Virus record (IMG/VR): IMGVR_UViG_3300023184_003179
Coordinates: 1-64,000 of that record
DNA from: a virus
Length of the DNA stretch: 64,000 bases
Reading direction: 5' to 3' (one strand)
Shown here: in pieces, positions 34,378 through 44,500 of the stretch
How the letters are laid out: each line of letters begins with the position of its first letter
Position numbering within the stretch: the first letter of the stretch is position 1
Position numbers and translations under genes: made by a program
The notes under the pieces: model-generated
What the model saw: only the letters and a program-made list of their open reading frames with translations
The model's database searches: none
What the model was told of the DNA's origin: nothing

Positions 34378-37300
34378 TTACATCCTCCATTATTACTGTG
34401 CCATCTTTTGTTTTGCCAAAACTAAATCTATAAGCGTTTCCTTCTTGAATATGCATATACGCTTTTGGAAATGCAGTTGGAAATACTGTAACAGAATGCA
34501 AATCTCTTGCAGTATCTGCTAAAGTAAGCGATGCCATTTTTTTTCCAGTTTTTGTAATTCTTGATTTAAAAGAAACAACAAACATTTCATCATCTTTGTA
34601 TGGCAGTTGTTTATAGTTTAAAAATTTTACAAGAGCATCTGATGAACTTTTTAATTCATCAACTGGTATTGCAGACAAAATACGATTATCACTTACTAAA
34701 ATCAAACAAGTTTTTCCAGTTTCAATTTTTGTTTGTTCTTCGTCAAAAATTCCAACACTACCAGTCTTATCAAGTATTTCAACTCTTGACCAGCCTTTAC
34801 CACGTTTAATTGATTTAACCATGCCCATAATGATAAATGATCCTTTTTCTTCAAAATCTTCAATTGGTTGAATAAAGGCATAATAGTGCGAAGGAACTGT
34901 AATATTAAATTCTGGAAGATTTAAATATTCATATAGGTTTTCTTTAATTTCATTGTCGTTACGTGGATTATCAACAAAAGTTGCTGCTCCAGTTAATCTT
35001 AATGCGCTTAGTGCTCTACTGTTTACTCCATTACCTTTAGTAAATGTAAACTCTTCAAGTTCTTTGTAAGTAGCAAATGGTCTTGCTGCAATATATTTAG
35101 ATGCAATATTATCTGAAATAAATTTAATTCCAGTTAGTCCAAAACGAATTCCCTTACCTTCAATTTTAAAATCTAGATCTGAATCATTAATGTGTGGAAG
35201 TTTAACTGAAATACCCATGCGTTTTGCTTCAATTAAATATTCTGTACGACCATCTTTATCTTTTTCATTTTTAAGAAGGGCAAACATAAACTCTAACGGA
35301 TAGTAGTATTTGAGCCACGCTGTCCAATACGAGAGAGTACTGTAAGCAACGGCATGCGATTTGTTAAACGAGTAGCCTGCATGTGCTTCAAAATCATGCC
35401 ACAAATCCAAAGCGGAATTAGGAGTAATATACCTAGAGGCACCAGTAACAAACCTATCACGGAATTCATCAAATTCTTTCGCATCTTTTTTCTTTCCAAT
35501 AATTTTACGAACTTTGTCAGCCTCTGCCATTGTCATTCCACCTAGATGAACGCAAGCCTGCATAACTTGTTCCTGATATAGAATACACCCATATGTATCG
35601 CTAGTAAAATCTTTCATAATTTGATGTATATAAGATACATTTTGCTTACCGTGTTTACGAGCAATATAGTCTTTACCAATTGTATTCATTGCTCCTGGAC
35701 GCACTAGTGCATTTGAGGCTGCTAGTTCATTAAAATTCTTTACCCCCATTTTTACTAGAAGGTTTGTGTATGGAGTTGCTTCACACTGAAACACACCCTT
35801 AGTGTATCCATCAGAAAGCATCTCATAAATCTTTGAATCTGCCATGTCAAGAGTAAGTAGGTCAACATCTACATAGTGATTTTCTTTAATCATAGATACT
35901 GCATCTTGAATAACGCTCAAAGTTTTTAGTCCAAGAGCATCAATTTTAATTAAGCCAATTTTTTCTGCTTCACTCATATCAATTCCAACAACAGGAATTC
36001 TTTCATCTGATCCTGGTGACGAACGAGTTTCTAATGGAGCATATCTAAATATTGGATCTTTACTTGTTACAACTCCTGCTGCGTGAATTCCAGTACCACG
36101 AATTCTTCCACGTAACTGATCTCCATATATAACAACTTCTGGATATTTTTCTCTAAACCAAACAGTATTCTTGGATGTGCAAAACTCATCCCAAGTATCA
36201 ACAAGTTTAAGAACTTTATTAACATCTGTTAAAGGAATATCAAGAACTCTAGAAACGTCTCTTACTACTCCTTTATCTTTAAATTCAAGGAATGTAGCAA
36301 TAGATGCAACGTGTCTATACTGTCTAACTAAATAATCTTTTACATCATCACGTCTTGTGTCTTGAATATCTGTATCAATATCAGGAAAGTCATTACGCTC
36401 TGGATTAATAAATCTAAAGAAAAGAAGTCCGTGTTCTAATGGATCAATATCTGTAATTCCAAGTAGATAACAAACTAATGATCCAGCAGAAGAACCACGA
36501 CCAGGACCAACCATGATGTTTTCTTTTTTAGCCCAAGAAATCATATTTTGAACTACAAGAAAATATGGTGCAAACTTTTTATCCCGAATAATTGCAAGTT
36601 CTTCGTCTAATCTTTGTTCATAAATGTCATTGCCGAGCCAATTAGAGTTAAGTCTTTTTTCTTCTAATGCAGTAAATGCTAAGTTTGCCAACTCTTGATC
36701 TGGATTTTTATATTGAACTGGAAGAAGGTTTAACCCATCTTTAATGTCATAGTCTTCTACTGTATCTGCTAATTTTAATGTATTGTTGTAAATATCTGTC
36801 CTATTAATACCCTGCGCTTCCATAGCAGACTTAATTTCTTCATATGACAACAAGTGAATATCAAATTTGTTAAAGGTAATTTGACGATCTTCTCCATAAA
36901 GATAGTCAAGGCGAGACATCATATTTTCTTTCTTTTTAGACTTTTCATATGATGCTTCTTTATTTACTTTAGCATGTGTATTCATGAGTAATTTAAACTC
37001 TTGAATCTCTCTTTGAGATGTGTCTGAATGGTGGCAGTCTGGAGTTACAACAACATCAATTTTAAATTCATCAGCAAGTTCAATAAGATGTTTATTAATT
37101 TCTGGAGTGTTGTGTGGCATAACCTCAATGTAATAATCACTACCAAAAGTATCTTTAAACCACTGTATATGTTTCTTTGCAAGAGCAAATTCATTTTCTT
37201 CAAGCGCCTTTACAATAACGCTACTTGGACATGCAGAGGTTACAATAATTCCTTCTCTGTATTTTTTAAGAATTTCAAAGTCAAACCTTGGCTTTTTAAA

Positions 37301-37654
37301 AAATCCGTCTGTCCATGCTATTTCACTAATTTTATTTAAATTTTCTAAACCTAATTGGTTCTTGGCTAGAAGGACTATATGGTTATAGACAAGATCTTGT
37401 TGACCTTTTCTTTCAGACTTATCTCTGCGGTCAGAGATGTCTGCACACATATAGCCTTCTAGACCAAGTATTGGCTTAATACCCTTTTCTTTTGCAGCAC
37501 GGTACATTTCTCTGTGACCAGATAGTGAACCATGATCTGTAATTGCAAGAGCGGTCATACCCAACTTGCTAGCACGGTCAACGTACTCTTGTGGAGTCGC
37601 TACGCCGTCAAATAGGGAGTAGTGAGTATGAACATGTAAGCCTACGTAACTCAT
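34367..37654 (-). CDS. dnaE: DNA polymerase III alpha subunit
   Basis: PHP HVHTHYS, GRGSSAGS, PDIDTD, GIHAAG, KIDALGL, YSFNKSHA. Confidence 0.95.
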   Translation of the reverse strand: MSYVGLHVHTHYSLFDGVATPQEYVDRASKLGMTALAITDHGSLSGHREMYRAAKEKGIKPILGLEGYMCADISDRRDKSERKGQQDLVYNHIVLLAKNQLGLENLNKISEIAWTDGFFKKPRFDFEILKKYREGIIVTSACPSSVIVKALEENEFALAKKHIQWFKDTFGSDYYIEVMPHNTPEINKHLIELADEFKIDVVVTPDCHHSDTSQREIQEFKLLMNTHAKVNKEASYEKSKKKENMMSRLDYLYGEDRQITFNKFDIHLLSYEEIKSAMEAQGINRTDIYNNTLKLADTVEDYDIKDGLNLLPVQYKNPDQELANLAFTALEEKRLNSNWLGNDIYEQRLDEELAIIRDKKFAPYFLVVQNMISWAKKENIMVGPGRGSSAGSLVCYLLGITDIDPLEHGLLFFRFINPERNDFPDIDTDIQDTRRDDVKDYLVRQYRHVASIATFLEFKDKGVVRDVSRVLDIPLTDVNKVLKLVDTWDEFCTSKNTVWFREKYPEVVIYGDQLRGRIRGTGIHAAGVVTSKDPIFRYAPLETRSSPGSDERIPVVGIDMSEAEKIGLIKIDALGLKTLSVIQDAVSMIKENHYVDVDLLTLDMADSKIYEMLSDGYTKGVFQCEATPYTNLLVKMGVKNFNELAASNALVRPGAMNTIGKDYIARKHGKQNVSYIHQIMKDFTSDTYGCILYQEQVMQACVHLGGMTMAEADKVRKIIGKKKDAKEFDEFRDRFVTGASRYITPNSALDLWHDFEAHAGYSFNKSHAVAYSTLSYWTAWLKYYYPLEFMFALLKNEKDKDGRTEYLIEAKRMGISVKLPHINDSDLDFKIEGKGIRFGLTGIKFISDNIASKYIAARPFATYKELEEFTFTKGNGVNSRALSALRLTGAATFVDNPRNDNEIKENLYEYLNLPEFNITVPSHYYAFIQPIEDFEEKGSFIIMGMVKSIKRGKGWSRVEILDKTGSVGIFDEEQTKIETGKTCLILVSDNRILSAIPVDELKSSSDALVKFLNYKQLPYKDDEMFVVSFKSRITKTGKKMASLTLADTARDLHSVTVFPTAFPKAYMHIQEGNAYRFSFGKTKDGTVIMEDVNVS

Positions 37655-37655
37655 T

Positions 37656-38312
37656 TTACCAATCTGTGTTGGTTGATGAAGTTACAGATGGAGTATCAAA
37701 CCCCAAATAGAATGCTTCTTGTTCAGCATAAGGAATTTTCTTTAGTGCTAACTCAAGAGGGTATGGCTTAAGTGCTGCCCAGTCAAACGGTTCTTTATCT
37801 GGTGCAGATGGAATTAGCGTATAACTTGTTTCAGTGCCCTGACCATTACGCTTTAACTTCCATGAAATATTTGAGATGCTTCCTGTTTCAAGAGCATATT
37901 CACGAATAGTATTAAATGCAGATTGCTTGCTTACGCCCATTGACCAAATAGCCACGTATGGCGCTTCAATTCCATCATCTACAAGTACGTTGCAATAAAA
38001 ACGAAGACGTGCTCTCCAGCCAGCCTTTGGATCTTTGCGATGCATTTCTTCAGCCCAGTCACGGCCCTCAGATTCCATAGTATCTACAGCCTTACGCTTA
38101 TAGTCTTTTGGATTTGTGTGTTCTTTAACAACCAGTGCTAATCCACGTTCTGGATTATAGTTTGCAGAGTCTTCATCAAGTTCTTCAATGAATCTGATCT
38201 TTGCAGATTGTCCATCAGCAAGTTTTAACCATCTTACCTTTGGTGAGTTTTCGTCATACTTTGGTTTATCAACTAGGGCATTAATGTTCTTGAGTCCCTT
38301 TACAATAGTCAT
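37656..38312 (-). CDS. Single-stranded DNA-binding protein (gp32-like)
   Basis: WLKLADG..KIRF, KRNGQGTETSY, C-terminal DW; between primase and polymerase. Confidence 0.65.
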   Translation of the reverse strand: MTIVKGLKNINALVDKPKYDENSPKVRWLKLADGQSAKIRFIEELDEDSANYNPERGLALVVKEHTNPKDYKRKAVDTMESEGRDWAEEMHRKDPKAGWRARLRFYCNVLVDDGIEAPYVAIWSMGVSKQSAFNTIREYALETGSISNISWKLKRNGQGTETSYTLIPSAPDKEPFDWAALKPYPLELALKKIPYAEQEAFYLGFDTPSVTSSTNTDW

Positions 38313-38337
38313 ATTATTTTTTCCTTTTCTGTTTTAT

Positions 38338-39261
38338 CTATCTTAACATACCAATAATAGAATTGTCAAACTGAAATTCCAGTTTTTTAATTGCATCATC
38401 ATCCATGTCGCCTATATCTTTGTATTTTTTATCTATATAAACTGATGTAACTATAGATCCAAGTTTTTCAATTAACTTATCTCTCATTATTACACCAGCA
38501 TCGTCGTTATCTGCAATCAGTACAACGTTATTAAAATATTTTTCTAATAACTTTATCTGTGCTGCAGAAACATTTGCCCCTAGGGTAGCAACCGCAGGGA
38601 ATCCAACTTGGTCTAGTCTAATTGCATCAAAAGATGATTCAACAACATAAACAGTGCTTGATGCTTTAATTCTATGAAGATTAAACAATACCTTACCTTT
38701 TGGCAATCCAGGTGTATTTTTAAATTCTTTTCCCTCAACAGTTCTAGCAACAAACCCTATACACATTCCATCTGGTGAGTGTATTGGTATTGTTACTGAG
38801 TCTTGTTTTTCTGAATATCCAAGATTAAATTTATTGATAGATTCTTTTGTAATACTTCTTCCTTCAAAATATCTAACTGCCCTTGGAGACTCTAATGCTT
38901 GATTAGTTAATCTTTTAATTAGAAGTTCATCATATTGTACAAATTCTGGTTTTTCAACCAAAGCCCTGTTAACTGAATCTTCAATGTTTGTTTCTTGTTC
39001 TTTGCTTTTAATATATCTAATTGATTCAAAATATGTTCTGTTAGATGTATACATTATAAATTCAATAAGACTTTTTGTTGTTTGGCATCCAAAACAAAAA
39101 AACGTTCCATGATCTTTTGATACTTCTCCAGCAGGAGTTCTATTGTTATTGTGATATGGACAAAAGACAATATAGTCAGTTCCATACTCTGCTTCAATAT
39201 CAATTCCAGCACCAGTTAAAACACGACGTACCTGTTCTGCCGTATATATATCTTTAACCAT
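38338..39261 (-). CDS. dnaG: DNA primase (CHC2 Zn finger plus TOPRIM)
   Basis: CPYH..CFGC, VVESSFD, ADNDDAG, KDIGD. Confidence 0.9.
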   Translation of the reverse strand: MVKDIYTAEQVRRVLTGAGIDIEAEYGTDYIVFCPYHNNNRTPAGEVSKDHGTFFCFGCQTTKSLIEFIMYTSNRTYFESIRYIKSKEQETNIEDSVNRALVEKPEFVQYDELLIKRLTNQALESPRAVRYFEGRSITKESINKFNLGYSEKQDSVTIPIHSPDGMCIGFVARTVEGKEFKNTPGLPKGKVLFNLHRIKASSTVYVVESSFDAIRLDQVGFPAVATLGANVSAAQIKLLEKYFNNVVLIADNDDAGVIMRDKLIEKLGSIVTSVYIDKKYKDIGDMDDDAIKKLEFQFDNSIIGMLR

Positions 39262-39992
39262 TATTTATATTCTTTTCTTGTCCAAAATTTATATTTATAT
39301 GTTCTAATAAATCTTGTTTTTACTATGTTGTCAAGAATAAAATCTGTTGATGCATCCCTATCCTTTTTTTCTGAAATCCAGGACTCTCTTTTTATTGGTA
39401 TTAATTGTGCTATTGGAGTTCCCTCTGGAATTATTCCAATAAAATTATCTTTTATAAAAAATGGAAGAAAAAGTTTATTTGGATATTTATCTGTATCAAC
39501 AAAAGCAGTTAATGTTGTAAATGGTAAATCATATCTTTGTGATGGATGAGTAATCCAAGTACTATACCCAGGTGGTGTTTTAATTATCCAATCTACTGAC
39601 CAGCGAAATGAAGTTGGATTGTGTCCAGTTGGGATTGGAAAATTTCCTAAAGTGCGATCATCTTGAATATCTGCTGGGTCCCATTTAATTCCCCACTCAA
39701 TATATGGTGAATATCCTTCCTCTGCGCTGTTTGTAACTAAAATATCACATGGAGTAACAAATTGATATCCAGATGTGACTGAATCAACCAATGGAACACA
39801 AAGTTTAAATGTTCCTATATCGTTATTTCCTGATTTAAATGCTTTTATCATATTGTTTTGATTATTTGAAAATAATTTTTGATTTCTATACCAAGTTGGG
39901 ACATTGCTTGTTGATGGTTTTGGAATATCTAAAATAAATTTAGCAGCATCATTACCTTCTTGAAAAATAATTTTTTTATTTTTTTTAAACAT
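39261..39992 (-). CDS. DUF6065-like (dUTPase-like fold) protein
   Basis: VPTWYR, TFKLCVP..D, WIIKTPPGYS, FVDTD, GTPIAQLIPIKRE; likely start MFKKNK. Confidence 0.65.
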   Translation of the reverse strand: MFKKNKKIIFQEGNDAAKFILDIPKPSTSNVPTWYRNQKLFSNNQNNMIKAFKSGNNDIGTFKLCVPLVDSVTSGYQFVTPCDILVTNSAEEGYSPYIEWGIKWDPADIQDDRTLGNFPIPTGHNPTSFRWSVDWIIKTPPGYSTWITHPSQRYDLPFTTLTAFVDTDKYPNKLFLPFFIKDNFIGIIPEGTPIAQLIPIKRESWISEKKDRDASTDFILDNIVKTRFIRTYKYKFWTRKEYK

Positions 39993-41211
39993 TTTTATCC
40001 TCATAATCCTTATAGCGATAGTACCCTCTATCAAAATCTACTTGAACTAAAAAGTCACCCATAAAACCATTTCTATTTTTTCTAAATACGCATTCAATAA
40101 TATCACTATTCGTAGCACGACCAAGAGCCATAACCCAGTCAGCATCGTATGCAATTTGTCTTGACCAAGCAGTCTGTCCAAGAGTTGGGGGACTAGACAA
40201 ATCTTTAACATCATCTGGTGTAGCAGAAGAGATAGCCATAATTGGAACTTCTTCGCTAATAGACATAAGTTTTAATTCACGAGAAAGATTCTTCATGCGA
40301 ACTGTTTCATTATCTGATTTTTGATTTGGAGACATAAGTTGTAAATAATCAACAACAACAAAGTCTGGCTTGTACTGATCAATCTTTCCACGTATAACTG
40401 AAGGAGTTACTTCTCCACCACTGTCATTAGATATGATGTGAAACTCTGGTTTACCCTGCAACTTATCAGCATGCCATTTTTTAAGCATATCAATTTCTAC
40501 TTCGCCATTGCTTAGTTTACGATGAGACCAAAGACCTTCACCCATAATTGCAAACACACGATTACGTACTTCTGTTTCAGACATTTCAAGACTTATAACA
40601 AGTGGACTGCGACCCTGTTTCCAAGCCTGTACAGCAAAATACAGAGCCAGCCAAGACTTTCCAATACCTGGATATGCAAGGAATACTCCAAGTTGTCCTG
40701 GCATAATTCCAGATGGTAAATAATTATCAAATCCAGGAAGGCCAGTCTTGATTCCAACCTGTCCAAGGTCTTGCATTTTCTTTACATTTTCAAAATAAGC
40801 AACTGCAGAATCAAGATCAGTTACTTCAATATCTCTAATTGCAGCAGTATTCTTTTTAAGTTCTGATGTCTTAGTAATTAAATGTTCAAGAGCATTATTG
40901 CCATTACCACTTTGAACTTCACCTGCTGCATTACGTAAAATATCTTTAAGGCTATCATTTAAATATTCTGATTGCAATTCTTCAAGGTGATGCTTTGTTG
41001 CCCCAACTCCTTCTACTGGAGCAAAATCTCTAAACTTTTCTACAACTAATGATGTTGGTGGAACTGATTGATTATTTTCTGAATACTGTCTAATAAAATT
41101 CCAGACATCATTATGAGTTCTTAAAAGATTATCAACATTGGCTTGCAAAAGTACGTGAATCTGTTTATCGTTTAATACTGCAGTAATTAATTTTGCTTCT
41201 GTATTATTCAC
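39985..41211 (-). CDS. dnaB: DnaB-like replicative helicase
   Basis: AYPGIGKS, ISLEM, VVDYLQL, YDAD, KNRNG. Confidence 0.92.
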   Translation of the reverse strand: MNNTEAKLITAVLNDKQIHVLLQANVDNLLRTHNDVWNFIRQYSENNQSVPPTSLVVEKFRDFAPVEGVGATKHHLEELQSEYLNDSLKDILRNAAGEVQSGNGNNALEHLITKTSELKKNTAAIRDIEVTDLDSAVAYFENVKKMQDLGQVGIKTGLPGFDNYLPSGIMPGQLGVFLAYPGIGKSWLALYFAVQAWKQGRSPLVISLEMSETEVRNRVFAIMGEGLWSHRKLSNGEVEIDMLKKWHADKLQGKPEFHIISNDSGGEVTPSVIRGKIDQYKPDFVVVDYLQLMSPNQKSDNETVRMKNLSRELKLMSISEEVPIMAISSATPDDVKDLSSPPTLGQTAWSRQIAYDADWVMALGRATNSDIIECVFRKNRNGFMGDFLVQVDFDRGYYRYKDYEDKNV

Positions 41212-41512
41212 TAATCCACTTCCTTGCTAGTTCCCTGCGTTCTTTTCTTTCTTTAATATCTTGCTCTACTTCTAGTTTACCATTAAGAATTTTTTCTGCA
41301 TTGTATGCAAAATAATTCCAAGTAGGATTTTCTGCTATTTTAAAATAATAATCTAATAAATCATAACATTGAGAAATACCGTATGATTCAACAAGAGCAT
41401 CTGCAGCCCATTGTTCAACATTAAGATTCATATTAGACTTGGCTTCGTATCTTTGTAGATGTAATTTATTATATCTACTTAGCAAAGCCATACGGTCTTT
41501 GCGTTCAGCCAT
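41204..41512 (-). CDS. Hypothetical protein (helicase-adjacent)
   Basis: ORF track; overlaps helicase start. Confidence 0.65.
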   Translation of the reverse strand: MAERKDRMALLSRYNKLHLQRYEAKSNMNLNVEQWAADALVESYGISQCYDLLDYYFKIAENPTWNYFAYNAEKILNGKLEVEQDIKERKERRELARKWISE

Positions 41513-41513
41513 A

Positions 41514-41726
41514 TTAGTCCTCTATGAGTGATTCTTTTGCGTCTTTTACCTTTTGAATAACTTGATTCTCAACAAATGTATAAACACGATCCATTGCATC
41601 GCTAGTTGTTTCACCTTGACGCACTTGATCTACTACTCCAAGATCAACTCTTAGAGATTGAAAATTACCTAAATTTAATGTGTATCCTAATGTTGCTGAT
41701 ACCTTTGTGCTGTTATTTTCTTCCAT
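41514..41726 (-). CDS. Conserved hypothetical protein
   Basis: LGYTLNLGNFQSLRVD. Confidence 0.7.
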   Translation of the reverse strand: MEENNSTKVSATLGYTLNLGNFQSLRVDLGVVDQVRQGETTSDAMDRVYTFVENQVIQKVKDAKESLIED

Positions 41727-41744
41727 ACCCCACCATTTCTTCTA

Positions 41745-42287
41745 TTAAATATTCTCTGCCCACACAGGAATAAACCTGCCATCTTCTGTCTTCGTATATG
41801 TAAGTATACCGTCTCCCATACGCCTTGTCAATTCTTGGCTTGTAGGAGTCATATTGTTTGTTATTAGTCCATCTTTTCTTGGTTGTCCAATATGTATAGT
41901 AGCCAGTATAGCACGTATGTCTCGTACCATGCTTTCTGAATAATAAGATCTTATTCTAAATCCACGTTCACCATTTAACTTTGCCCCAACTGGTGGCGGA
42001 ATCATTCCAGTTTTAATTAATTTAGGCATGTATTTTCTATGACGATTAATTAATTTAGCAGTCTCTGCTACAGTATATGCACGTTCTCTATTTTTTCTAA
42101 AATCTATACGTAAACATGTTTCAAGTCTATCTTTAGTAATATTATAAACAGAAACTAAACCAGTAGATCTTGAACTGTGATGAAGTCTAACAAGATCACC
42201 ATTAAGGAACCATATTTTTTGATTGCCTTTGATTACAGTTGAGTTATTGTATGTTTCGCTCTGAATAATTCCTTTGCCAGTAACCAT
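41745..42287 (-). CDS. MerR-like HTH DNA-binding protein
   Basis: AYTVAETAKLINRH...GMIPPP...RSYYSE; likely start MVTGKG. Confidence 0.65.
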   Translation of the reverse strand: MVTGKGIIQSETYNNSTVIKGNQKIWFLNGDLVRLHHSSRSTGLVSVYNITKDRLETCLRIDFRKNRERAYTVAETAKLINRHRKYMPKLIKTGMIPPPVGAKLNGERGFRIRSYYSESMVRDIRAILATIHIGQPRKDGLITNNMTPTSQELTRRMGDGILTYTKTEDGRFIPVWAENI

Positions 42288-42424
42288 CTGCCTTCTTCGC
42301 TTTCTGTCGGTGGATGATAAAAAATTCTTGATCCACAGACCATACAATAAATTTCCATATGTTGCAAACCACTATATTGTCTATCAATAAATAGTCTGCC
42401 ATTGCATTTTTTGCAATTAAGCAT
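42233..42424 (-). CDS. Small zinc-ribbon protein
   Basis: CKKCNG ... CMVCG. Confidence 0.65.
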   Translation of the reverse strand: MLNCKKCNGRLFIDRQYSGLQHMEIYCMVCGSRIFYHPPTESEEGRWLLAKELFRAKHTITQL

Positions 42425-42439
42425 TATTAATGTTTATCC

Positions 42440-42880
42440 TTAGTTTGGAATTCCAACAATAACTAAATGTACTGCTAGTGATAAATCTCCAGAAGTTCCA
42501 AATCTTACAACACCTTCAATTCTTGAAGTTGTTACAGTTTTTAGAATAACATTTACATTTTGTCCTGCAGGTGTTTGTCCAATATTAACTGCTGTTGCTG
42601 AAACTATTGGAGAGTATTTAAAATCACTAAAATCATATGTAAATGTTTTTTCGTTTCCAGCAGAAACGGTTGAGTTATTTGCAACCTCAACATAGCCACC
42701 AATTATTCTAGTTTCAGATGTTTTAACATTTTGTGCACCAGCACTTACTGTATCTACTGTTGTATAGTTATATGTTGCTGATGAAACCTGTGTAGACAAA
42801 TCATTTACAGCCTCAACAAGTGAATATAAATATGTAACATCAAGAGGTTGCCCTCTTTCTGGTAGTGGTACCTTAGCCAT
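42440..42880 (-). CDS. Minor tail/fibre-tip protein
   Basis: PERGQPLD; F..PIV.AT beta domain; end of tail module. Confidence 0.5.
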   Translation of the reverse strand: MAKVPLPERGQPLDVTYLYSLVEAVNDLSTQVSSATYNYTTVDTVSAGAQNVKTSETRIIGGYVEVANNSTVSAGNEKTFTYDFSDFKYSPIVSATAVNIGQTPAGQNVNVILKTVTTSRIEGVVRFGTSGDLSLAVHLVIVGIPN

Positions 42881-42899
42881 TAATTTCCTCCTCTTTTCA

Positions 42900-43325
42900 T
42901 TATACCAATAATTCTATTCCTGAGTCGTATATTTCAAGACTTTCGTTTAGTGTTTTTTGTGATGCCTCAACCTGAACAATAACACGAACATTTGTAGTGC
43001 CAGTATTTAAAAATGAATATGTATGTATTGGTGATGTTCCATGATATGTTGGTGATGTATTATCAAAACCAACAAATATATCATATTTTGGTCTATTTAG
43101 TTCATCTCCCCAAACAACTGTAGTAATTGTTTGAGATATTTGTAATGCACCATTAACTGTAGTAATTGAATCATCTGCAATTATGTTTATTGGGGACCAC
43201 TGAGATGTTCTGTTTTTATCTTCTGATACAACTCTGTATCTAAAAATATATCCAATATTTTCAGAATCAATTGCTGGAAGCAATGCCTTTTTAATAATTG
43301 CTTTTTTTATACCTGAGTCAGCCAT
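42900..43325 (-). CDS. Minor tail protein
   Basis: RYRVVSEDKNRTSQWSP (FN3-like); tail module. Confidence 0.5.
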   Translation of the reverse strand: MADSGIKKAIIKKALLPAIDSENIGYIFRYRVVSEDKNRTSQWSPINIIADDSITTVNGALQISQTITTVVWGDELNRPKYDIFVGFDNTSPTYHGTSPIHTYSFLNTGTTNVRVIVQVEASQKTLNESLEIYDSGIELLV

Positions 43326-44500
43326 TACGACGTTACTCCGCCTGAAACATCCACAGAAAATCTAAATTCAATATAGTTACTAGTGTTAGGATTTTTAACA
43401 ATTGTTGATGCATCTTGAGTTTGTATAATTGAATATCCAGTTAAACCATAAAGTGGATTTAATGTTGAAACATTTTCTAATCTTAATGCATCTAGAGCAA
43501 CATAATAATTTGGAGATGGAATTCCTATTGGTCCGCTTTCTTCTGCAAAAACACATGCATAAATTTTAACAACTGTAACAGCATTCCAGGTAAAGTTAGC
43601 AGAGGTATATAAGTCTTGAAGTTGTTTAGTTACTACAAAATATCTTTCTGTATCAAAATCATAAGCACCACCACTGCTGTCGTTTACAACTTCAGCCTCA
43701 AATCTAGCATATTCTGCAGTCTCTGTTTCTGTTGATGCAAACTCAATAAGAACTCTAACTCTTTCTGGTATGTCATTAGATGTTGCATCTTTATTAACTA
43801 CAGAAAATGCTAGCCTTAATTCATCTGTTGGAGAGTTTCTTGTAAAATCAACACTAGCACCAGTTAGGTGAATATGGCTTGATCCTGGCTCTATTACAAA
43901 ATGATCTTGGGCTGACCCACTTTCTTCGCTAATTGAAATATCAGCATCGTCGCCTTGAATCATTATTATATTATTTAAAAATCTTGGTCTTTCATATCTT
44001 TCAACTCTTGGAGATTTAAAAAATATTGGATTGTCTGAACTTGTTTGAAATACTGAATTTGTAACAGCAATAATATTATCGTATTCTGGTTGATCAAGTG
44101 CTGCAGAAAATGTATCAATTGCAACTGCTGCTGATGGCGTATGGTGTTGCCAATTTTCTGTTTGTGTAAAAGCAAATACTGTTTTGCTATCAAATGCACC
44201 AGCAGAAGGATTTGATCCAGCAGAGTATATTCCTACTTCAGAGATTTCATATCTTTCTTCTGTTGGTAGTTCTGCTGTTAATACAATTTTATCTAGCCCA
44301 CCTTCGTTTACAAATCCCCTTGAAGAAATTGGGACACGAAACATTTCAAAATCTAGGTTTGTTTTTGTTGAATAATCTCCAAGATTGTTTCCAGTTATAA
44401 GTGGTGTTGCACCACAACCTATGGCAATATAAGATGCATATGCTGGTGCCTGACCAAGCAGGTATTTAGCAATAATTGTCTTACCAGTATTAGTTATCAT
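43325..44500 (-). CDS. Tail/baseplate protein
   Basis: MITNTGK..YIAIGCG..EMFR..ISEVGIY, collar-like N-terminus. Confidence 0.6.
   Translation of the reverse strand: MITNTGKTIIAKYLLGQAPAYASYIAIGCGATPLITGNNLGDYSTKTNLDFEMFRVPISSRGFVNEGGLDKIVLTAELPTEERYEISEVGIYSAGSNPSAGAFDSKTVFAFTQTENWQHHTPSAAVAIDTFSAALDQPEYDNIIAVTNSVFQTSSDNPIFFKSPRVERYERPRFLNNIIMIQGDDADISISEESGSAQDHFVIEPGSSHIHLTGASVDFTRNSPTDELRLAFSVVNKDATSNDIPERVRVLIEFASTETETAEYARFEAEVVNDSSGGAYDFDTERYFVVTKQLQDLYTSANFTWNAVTVVKIYACVFAEESGPIGIPSPNYYVALDALRLENVSTLNPLYGLTGYSIIQTQDASTIVKNPNTSNYIEFRFSVDVSGGVTS

Noticed and set aside
33364-41211. Inteins or introns in RecA, DnaE, primase or DnaB
   Set aside because: Lengths are ordinary, motifs are contiguous, and no intein splice-junction or homing nuclease insert was seen
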